A program made the translations under genes and the position numbers. From positions 30,197 through 94,196 of the forward strand of contig JANYAR010000031.1 in NCBI GenBank assembly GCA_025361185.1: a stretch of 64,000 bases of DNA, in the 5' to 3' direction. The notes under the pieces were generated by a model that saw only the letters and a list, made by a program, of their open reading frames with translations, ran no database searches and was not told the DNA's origin. Shown one piece after another: positions 21,452 to 27,811 of the stretch (within the stretch, counting starts at the first letter, position 1; each line of letters opens with the position of its first letter). The DNA comes from Alphaproteobacteria bacterium. GTDB lineage: Bacteria > Pseudomonadota > Alphaproteobacteria > Micropepsales > Micropepsaceae.

Positions 21452-21695
21452 CCCGCTGATTCGGTGCGATAAAACACCACTCATTGTGTATTAAGCCCAA
21501 AACCACTATAGAAAGCCCCACGTGGTTCTTGCGTCCCTGTCAGACGAAGCACTTCTGTCTTTCTGACACGCCCTTTCTGATTTTCAGGAGGCGCGCCGGA
21601 CGAACCGAAATACTTCCAAACGACCCGATGTTCTTGTTTCCACGGCCGTCCCCGCATTTCGCGTGGGCGGAACCCGATGTTTAAAAGGAACAATT

Positions 21696-21899
21696 ATGAC
21701 CATCGGCACCGTGAAGTTTTTTAATGCCGCCAAGGGCTTTGGTTTCATCTCGCCCGAAGGCGGCGGCAAGGACGTGTTTGTGCACGTCTCGGCCGTCGAA
21801 GCGGCCGGCATGCGTACCCTGAATGAAGGCCAGAAGGTCAGCTTCGACATCCAGCCGGATGCTCGTGGCGCCAAGGCCGCCAATCTCTCGGCCGCTTAA
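21696..21899 (+). CDS. cspA: Cold-shock protein, copy 1
   Basis: GTVKFFN..KGFGFI, DVFVH (RNP1/RNP2). Confidence 0.95.
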   Translation: MTIGTVKFFNAAKGFGFISPEGGGKDVFVHVSAVEAAGMRTLNEGQKVSFDIQPDARGAKAANLSAA

Positions 21900-21911
21900 A
21901 GCCTGCAAGGC

Positions 21912-21946
21912 GAGGCGGCTGTTAACGCAGCCGCCTCTGCTTTTTT
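21912..21946 (+). terminator. Intrinsic terminator after cspA copy 1
   Basis: GAGGCGGCTG/CAGCCGCCTC stem followed by T6. Confidence 0.75.
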
Positions 21947-21974
21947 CGCAAGGAGACGCATCATTTCCGATTTC

Positions 21975-22217
21975 ATGAATCCCCCCAAGAAGGGCCAGAC
22001 GCGCACCGCCAAGGGCGTGTTCGAGACCTGGGAAAAGCGCACCCAGTTGGTGAAAACCCAGACCAACGCCGAAAGCGCCTACAACGACGCCAAGACCATC
22101 CGCCTCAAGGCCCTGCGCCTAGAGAAGGAAGCCCTGGATGCCGAAGCCGCCCGTGTTGCGGCCCTGACGGCCCCGCCCGCGCCCGTGAAGAAGCCACGCG
22201 TCAAGCGCAGCGGCTGA
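21975..22217 (+). CDS. Small basic hypothetical protein
   Basis: AGGAG upstream; KTIRLKALRLEKEA motif, seen in small alphaproteobacterial proteins near csp genes. Confidence 0.7.
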   Translation: MNPPKKGQTRTAKGVFETWEKRTQLVKTQTNAESAYNDAKTIRLKALRLEKEALDAEAARVAALTAPPAPVKKPRVKRSG

Positions 22218-22218
22218 T

Positions 22219-23082
22219 TTGGCGCTGTTCTCGATCCATCACCGCACCGAATATCATTACCGCCAGCCTGTCCTGATCGGCCCCCACCGGCTGATGCTGC
22301 GCCCGCGCGAAAGCCGCGAGCTGCGGCTGGTGTCGCATGAGATCACCACCACCCCGCCTTCCACCCTGGTGTGGGCGCAGGACGTGTTCGGCAACGCCAT
22401 CGCCACCGCCTTGTTCGACACCAAGGCCGACAGCCTGGCGATCGAAAGCAATGTGACGTTGGATTTGACCAGCACCGCCTGGCCGGTCTTTCCCATCGCC
22501 GCCAGCGCCATCAACTATCCCTTTGTCTATTCCGGCGAGGAGCGCATCGATCTGGGCGCGCTGCTCAGTCCGCAATATCCCGACCCCATGGGGCGGCTGT
22601 CGGCCTGGGCCGCCAGTTTTGTGCGCGCCAATCCCACCGACACCCTGGCCTTGCTCAAGGATCTGAATGCCGGCATCTCGGCCAGCGCCGCCTATCAGGC
22701 GCGCGAGGATGAAGGCACCCAGCCGCCCACCCGCACCCTGGATCTGGGCCGCGGCTCGTGCCGCGATTTCGCGGTTCTGTTCGTGGAAGCCGCGCGGGTG
22801 CTGGGTTTCGGGGCGCGGATCGTCTCGGGCTATATCTTCAATCCCACCCAGCAATGGCAGTCGGGCACCACCCATGCCTGGGCGGAAGTGTTCGTGCCGG
22901 GGGCGGGCTGGATCACCTTCGACCCCACCAACCGCCAGCTTGGCGGCTTCAACCTGATCCCGGTGGCGGTGGCGCGCGACCTGTTCCAGGCCATGCCGGT
23001 CAGCGGCACTTTTGTCGGCTCCAGCAACGATCAGATGCGTCTGACCGTCTCGGTGCGCGTTACACACCTAGCGACAGCGTAG
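22219..23082 (+). CDS. Transglutaminase-like family protein
   Basis: IHHRTEYHY..P N-domain; triad GSCRDFA / THAW / FDPTN. Confidence 0.9.
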   Translation: MALFSIHHRTEYHYRQPVLIGPHRLMLRPRESRELRLVSHEITTTPPSTLVWAQDVFGNAIATALFDTKADSLAIESNVTLDLTSTAWPVFPIAASAINYPFVYSGEERIDLGALLSPQYPDPMGRLSAWAASFVRANPTDTLALLKDLNAGISASAAYQAREDEGTQPPTRTLDLGRGSCRDFAVLFVEAARVLGFGARIVSGYIFNPTQQWQSGTTHAWAEVFVPGAGWITFDPTNRQLGGFNLIPVAVARDLFQAMPVSGTFVGSSNDQMRLTVSVRVTHLATA

Positions 23083-23214
23083 TGATTGGTAGCGACAGCG
23101 TACCAATGCGATAGCGGCTAGCTGCGTATTGGATTTTAGACGCCTAGCGCCAGCGTCGCGCGCCGCGATAGCGGGCGCCTAGCGGCAGCGTAGGGGCGCC
23201 GCGATAGCGGGTAG
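23069..23214 (+). repeat. Cluster of TAGCGRCAGCGT hairpin-loop motifs
   Basis: Copies at 23069, 23090, 23145 (variant) and 23180; GCGCCGCGATAGCGGG occurs twice. Confidence 0.8.
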
Positions 23215-23247
23215 CTGAGTAGTAGATTTTAGAGTAAGGACAGCCCC

Positions 23248-23496
23248 ATGAAAAACAAAGCCAATGTCGAGACCTTCGTGAATAGCTGGGTCGCCCAGAA
23301 TGTCCGCAACATCCCGGGCATGGCCAACCTGCCCTTTGAAGTGGACCGTCTGGCGGCGAGCCTGACCGGCGACGCGCGTGCGCAAGGCATCAGCGGCAGC
23401 GACCTCAACCGGGCGCTGGGCGACATCGACGAATACCTCACCGGCCAATACGAACAAGTCAGCGCCGCCCCGGCCTTCGGAACCCAAACGCTTTAG
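23248..23496 (+). CDS. DUF768-like small protein
   Basis: TAAGGA SD; FVNSWVAQNV...LAASLTGDARAQGIS pattern. Confidence 0.6.
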   Translation: MKNKANVETFVNSWVAQNVRNIPGMANLPFEVDRLAASLTGDARAQGISGSDLNRALGDIDEYLTGQYEQVSAAPAFGTQTL

Positions 23497-23499
23497 CGC

Positions 23500-23587
23500 T
23501 TTTCTTGTCATTCCCGCGCGCTTTCTTGTCATTCCCGCGAACGCGGGAATCCATCGTCATGGCAGCGATAATGCTGCCATGACGATG
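23500..23587. repeat. REP-like palindrome with tandem partial duplication and adjacent 15-bp perfect hairpin
   Basis: TTTCTTGTCATTCCCGCG twice; GTCATTCCCGCGAACGCGGGAATCCA; CATCGTCATGGCAGC/GCTGCCATGACGATG. Confidence 0.75.
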
Positions 23588-23753
23588 CCGAGCCCGCCGC
23601 CCGACAGGAACTTGAGGCGGGCGAGGCACGCCCCGGTTTCGTGCTAATCTCCCTGCATGTCCCGCGCCTTCGTCAAAGGCGCGAAGCGCGCCGAGGCCGC
23701 GGCGCATTGGGGCGTAGCGGCAGCGCGCGACCCAATGCGGAGCCGACATTGCG

Positions 23754-24209
23754 ATGTCTAGGGCCTTTGTAAAAGAGACAGCCGAGTCCGCTCCCCCACC
23801 CGAGCGCATGGTGGAAGACGGCCCCAACCTCGTCACGCCCGAAGGCCTGGCCCAGATCGACGCCCACATCGCCCGCATCGAGGCGAGCATGAAAACCGAA
23901 GCCAATGTCCTGCTGCGCGAAACGCTCGCCCGCGACCTGCGCTATTGGGAAATCCGCAAGGCCAGCGCCGAAGTCGTGCACCCGTCCGCCGAAGACACGG
24001 TGTCATTCGGCTCCTCCGTCACTATCACCCGCAAGGGCCGCACCCAGACCTTCCGCATTGTCGGGGTCGACGAAGCCGATGCTTCAAAGGGCCTGATCAG
24101 CTTTCGCAGCCCAGTGGCGCAGGCCATTCTCGGCGCTCGCGCGGGCGATCTCATCGAAGCTGGCGAGCCGTTGGGGGAGATAGGGGTGGTAAGGATTGCA
24201 GGCCCGTGA
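23754..24209 (+). CDS. GreA/GreB-domain protein (short 'MSRAFVKE' type)
   Basis: NLVTPEGL, VSFGSSV, FRIVGVDEAD...ISFRSPVAQAILG. Confidence 0.88.
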   Translation: MSRAFVKETAESAPPPERMVEDGPNLVTPEGLAQIDAHIARIEASMKTEANVLLRETLARDLRYWEIRKASAEVVHPSAEDTVSFGSSVTITRKGRTQTFRIVGVDEADASKGLISFRSPVAQAILGARAGDLIEAGEPLGEIGVVRIAGP

Positions 24210-24234
24210 TCGTGCATGGCTTCCCGAGATCGGG

Positions 24235-24674
24235 CTAGTTGCACGCAGAAAACAAAATTTCCTTAACTGTGCTCTTGTCTATGCCTTTCGACGCGCCAAA
24301 ACTCGAATGCTCGTGCTGAAGTTCAGCTTCTATTCTAACTCTGCGAAATTTTCGTTTGAGCATAGATACAAGTTCTCTGCGAGAATTGGGCAATATCTGA
24401 GGAGAGAACCTCATTAATCGGAACTTTTGTCAGTCCGATTCTTTGTGCACAAATCCAGCGGCGCTGACCGTCAAGTATCGTGTACTTATCCGAACCTCGG
24501 GCCCTGAATACGGTGAGGGGAACCAAGATACCAACTTTGACTATAGATTCTTCGAGCGTCTTCAGCGGCAGTGCGTCGAAAAGCATACGAGGATTATGAG
24601 GATTTGGACGAAGAGAGGCGGTCGGCACTGAAGCGGGTCCAAGTGGTCGCCGCGTTTTTTTTTGATTTGGCCAA
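24235..24674 (-). pseudogene. Remnant: frameshifted ParB-N gene start joined to a probable DNA methyltransferase C-terminal tail
   Basis: PNPHNPR..F..L.ESI...GILVPL......YTILDGQRRW; T9 tract at 24655-24663 breaks the frame; different-frame tail ELVSMLKRKF...VKEILFSACN*; AT-rich. Confidence 0.65.
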
Positions 24675-24837
24675 AGCTGCCCCCTTTTTGCGAATCAGTG
24701 ATCGCTTCAGTGCATGAAATATCATGTCAAGCTAACACTAGTAAGCTTTGTTAATGTGCCCTGATGCATATGCACCAAATACAAACTCACTGCCTGCTCC
24801 GGGCATGCACACCTCCGCGCCTCTTCGGAGGTTAGGC

Positions 24838-25293
24838 CTAGCCGCCCCTTCCCGCCTTCTCCCCCAACTCAACCACCCCCGTCACATCCTCGGCGCGGTT
24901 GATGATCCAGCGCACGGCGCCGTCCTTGTCCAGGATGGGGACATTGGCGATCGACCACCAGCGCACGTGATAAGGCCCGTCCCCGGTCTTCACGTCATAG
25001 CGGATCACCGGCATCACATCGGCCTCGCGCGTCTTGAGCACCCGCAGCAGCGATTGGCGCACCAGCGACACGCTTTCGCCCGTGTTGTGGTCCGGGCTGT
25101 CGGGAAAGGCCGTGAACAGCTTCTGCCCCACCACATTCCTGTCCGCCGACAGGGTGGCGTCGGCATGCGCGATGTTCTGCGCCAAAATCGTGAGGCTGGG
25201 GTCCAGGATCAGGCACAGGCCCGGCATGTGCGCGAACACCTGTTCGTAATCCAGGGCGCCGGCCGGCCGGCGGGTCGGAGTTGCGGTGGTCAC
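24838..25293 (-). CDS. Stand-alone PAS domain protein, copy 1
   Basis: VFAHMPGLCLILD, LFTAFPDSP, RYD, WWSIANVPILD..G.VRWII.RAEDVT. Confidence 0.85.
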   Translation of the reverse strand: MTTATPTRRPAGALDYEQVFAHMPGLCLILDPSLTILAQNIAHADATLSADRNVVGQKLFTAFPDSPDHNTGESVSLVRQSLLRVLKTREADVMPVIRYDVKTGDGPYHVRWWSIANVPILDKDGAVRWIINRAEDVTGVVELGEKAGRGG

Positions 25294-25436
25294 GCAGCGT
25301 CCCTCAAATCACAAGCCCCGGCGCACTATCCGCTGAAACGCCGCCCCCGGGAACCTGGTTGTGCCGGAACCAACCCCACCCCTGGGCAGTTTCCTTCCGT
25401 ACAGCATGGAGAGCGTCCTTGGCAGTCAGCGACAGT

Positions 25437-25586
25437 ATGCGCAACAAACTCTTCCTGGCAGCGGTTGCCGGCGCAATGCTGCTGATGGTGATCATCCTGC
25501 TCGCCCTGGGCCGCGGGCATGGCGGCGAGCCCGCGTCCGAGAGCGGGCCGGGGAATCCCGCTGCGACGACAAACCAGGGCCGCTAG
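25437..25586 (+). CDS. Small single-TM hypothetical protein
   Basis: MRNKLFLAAVAGAMLLMVIILLAL then polar tail. Confidence 0.4.
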   Translation: MRNKLFLAAVAGAMLLMVIILLALGRGHGGEPASESGPGNPAATTNQGR

Positions 25587-25924
25587 AGAAGCCCTTCCAC
25601 CGTCTCTCCCGGCCGGCACAGCTTCGTGCCCTTGGGCGTGCTGACAATGGGCCGGTTCATGAGAATCGGATGCGCCGCCATCTCGGCCAGCAGGGTGTCG
25701 TCATCGACGCCGTCCAGTTTCAATTCGGCATAGGCGGGCTCGTTGGTGCGCATGACGTCGCGCACCGGCATATGCATCTGGGCGACGAGATGGCGTAACT
25801 TTTGCGGCGACAGCGGCGTCTTCAGATATTCGATAATGGTGGGTTCGATGCCGCGCGCGCGGATCAACTCCAGCGCTTTTCGCGAATTCGAACATTGCGG
25901 GTTGTGGTAGATCGTTACTTCCAT
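25583..25924 (-). CDS. arsC: Arsenate reductase (glutaredoxin type)/ArsC family
   Basis: IYHNPQCSNSR, IEYLKTP, PILMNRPIV, LCRP. Confidence 0.88.
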   Translation of the reverse strand: MEVTIYHNPQCSNSRKALELIRARGIEPTIIEYLKTPLSPQKLRHLVAQMHMPVRDVMRTNEPAYAELKLDGVDDDTLLAEMAAHPILMNRPIVSTPKGTKLCRPGETVEGLL

Positions 25925-25941
25925 ATGCTCTCCTTACCCGA

Positions 25942-25985
25942 CTATCCGCTGTCGCGGCGCCACTACGCTGTCGCTAGGCGCCCGC
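25942..25985 (-). repeat. Inverted copy of 23171-23214
   Basis: 40/44 identity by manual alignment; includes the stop codon of PAS copy 2. Confidence 0.85.
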
Positions 25986-26417
25986 CGCCGTCTGTTCGGC
26001 CAGTTCGGCCAGTTCGGTGACGTCCTCGGCCCGGATCAGCATCCAGCGCACATAGCCGTCCTCGCCCAGGATGGGCGCGCTGGTGATCGACCAATAGCGG
26101 ATCTGATACGGCCCGCGCGCCGGTTTGAAGTCATAGCGCAGCATCGGCAGGATATCGGCTGCGCGCGTCTTCAGCACCTTGAGCAGGGATTGGCGCAGCT
26201 TGGCCAGGCCCACCGCGCCGGAATCATTGGGATTGTCGGGAAAGGCCGCGAACAGGTTCTGCCCCACCGCCTGTGTCTCGGTGATGCGCGCATGCTGCTC
26301 ATTCTGCGCCACGATATTGAAGGCGGTATCCAGGATCAGGCACAAGCCCGGCATTTGCTGGAACACCAGTTCGTAGTCCAGCGTGCCGGAGGACCGCTTG
26401 AGCGTGCCGGTCTGCAT
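25974..26417 (-). CDS. Stand-alone PAS domain protein, copy 2
   Basis: Paralog of 24838..25293: LDYELVFQQMPGLCLILD...RAEDVT. Confidence 0.85.
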   Translation of the reverse strand: MQTGTLKRSSGTLDYELVFQQMPGLCLILDTAFNIVAQNEQHARITETQAVGQNLFAAFPDNPNDSGAVGLAKLRQSLLKVLKTRAADILPMLRYDFKPARGPYQIRYWSITSAPILGEDGYVRWMLIRAEDVTELAELAEQTAAGA

Positions 26418-26800
26418 CGAACCTCCCTTACCCAGGGCAGGGCAAGTGTCTGCCAATAACGCGCGTGCGCCAATGTTTGTGCCGGTGCGGGATCGGAAAA
26501 AATATGACTATTCGTCAGGACCGATGCGGCCGCGCTGTATACAAGCGGAGCAAACGCGGCCCGTGTAAACCATGTTTGCGGCTGCGAAGGCGCGAGCGCC
26601 GCGCCATTGCGAAAAGGGCACTCTGCGCCTAATCTCGCGGCAACGTGGAGTTACGTCCCGTCACAGAGAAGCGCACCTAGACTAATTCCTGCCGCTTCGT
26701 GCGCGCCTGGACGACGGTTGAACTTCCTTCCCTGCGACAGACATAAAGCCCCGTTCCGCACCGGCATTTCGCCGCGCGGAAATCTTTGCAGGATAATGCC

Positions 26801-27004
26801 ATGACGATCGGAACCGTGAAATTCTTCAACACCTCCAAGGGCTTTGGCTTCATCGCGCCGGAAGGCGGCGGCAAGGACGTGTTCGTGCACGCCACTGCCG
26901 TGGAAGCGGCCGGTCTGCGCTCGCTGAACGAAGGCCAGAAAGTCTCGTTCGACATCGTGCCCGACGCGCGCGGCGCCAAGGCCTCGAACCTCAAGGCCGT
27001 CTAA
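26801..27004 (+). CDS. cspA: Cold-shock protein, copy 2
   Basis: Near-identical to copy 1; RNP1/RNP2 motifs. Confidence 0.95.
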   Translation: MTIGTVKFFNTSKGFGFIAPEGGGKDVFVHATAVEAAGLRSLNEGQKVSFDIVPDARGAKASNLKAV

Positions 27005-27030
27005 ACACGGTCTGATGTTCTGGAATAAAG

Positions 27031-27063
27031 GCCGGTGGAGAAATCCACCGGCACTTTTCTTTT
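27031..27063 (+). terminator. Intrinsic terminator after cspA copy 2
   Basis: GCCGGTGGA-GAAA-TCCACCGGC then T-rich tract. Confidence 0.8.
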
Positions 27064-27188
27064 GGAGCATCGGCGAACCCGTCCCTAGCGATAACGTGGG
27101 GACGCATCGCCGTGCGACCATGAAAAAAATCACGCTCAAAATTTCGCGGACCTTGTGGCAGGCTACGCCGCGTTTTTGGGGAGCGTCC

Positions 27189-27752
27189 ATGATCCGGCCC
27201 GCACTCGTTCTGGTTCTGCTTGCCGCCTGCCTGCCCGCCCAGGCCGCGCAGAAGGCGCGCGCCGTCGCCCGCCTGGCCAGCCTGGACGGCAAGGCGGTGG
27301 GCAGCGCCGAATTCGCCGCCCTGAACCATGGCGTGCTGATCACCCTGGACCTGCACGACCTTCCCCCCGGCGCGCACGCCATCCACCTGCACACATCGGG
27401 CAATTGCGACGCCAAGAGCGGCTTCACCGCCGCCGGACCCATCCTGACCCTGGTGCCGGGCAAGCAGCATGGCTATCTGGCGCAAGGCGGACCGCAAGCG
27501 GGCGACCTGCCCAACCAGTTCGCGGGCGCCGACGGGCGCCTGCATGCCAGCATGGTCACCAACAGCTTCAGCCTGGGCAACGGCAAGAAATCCATCTTCG
27601 ACCGCGACGGGGTTTCGCTGATCGTGGATGCGCGGGGCGACGATTACCGCACCCAGCCCCTGGGCAATGCCGGGGACCGCATCGCCTGCGGGGTGGTGGT
27701 GCGCACCAGGGGTCCCGCCGCGCGCGCCCCCTTCAAGCCGAAAGTGCCTTAA
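27189..27752 (+). CDS. Cu/Zn superoxide dismutase-fold exported protein with degenerate metal ligands
   Basis: Signal peptide, HAIHLH, GDLPN, GNAGDRIACG; three ligand His replaced. Confidence 0.85.
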   Translation: MIRPALVLVLLAACLPAQAAQKARAVARLASLDGKAVGSAEFAALNHGVLITLDLHDLPPGAHAIHLHTSGNCDAKSGFTAAGPILTLVPGKQHGYLAQGGPQAGDLPNQFAGADGRLHASMVTNSFSLGNGKKSIFDRDGVSLIVDARGDDYRTQPLGNAGDRIACGVVVRTRGPAARAPFKPKVP

Positions 27753-27811
27753 AAGTACGAAAAGGCGGCGGGTAGCAACCGCTTGCCCCCCATGACATTA
27801 TCCGCCCTGCC

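Noticed and set aside
21452-21695. tRNA or other RNA gene as island integration site
   Set aside because: No cloverleaf or T-loop/CCA pattern; consistent with the cspA promoter and leader.
23069-23214. Possible mini-CRISPR array
   Set aside because: Repeats are about 13 nt with irregular 7-40 nt gaps, and there are no cas genes.
25583-25924. Arsenic-resistance operon
   Set aside because: arsC stands alone, with no arsR, arsB/acr3 or arsH nearby.
23069-25985. Integron attC cassette array
   Set aside because: No RYYYAAC/GTTRRRY core ends, genes are not co-oriented, and no integrase is present.
19001-27030. TCTGGAATAAA preceding two different terminators (19001 and 27019)
   Set aside because: Only two 11-nt copies; not distinguishable from chance without a genome-wide count.
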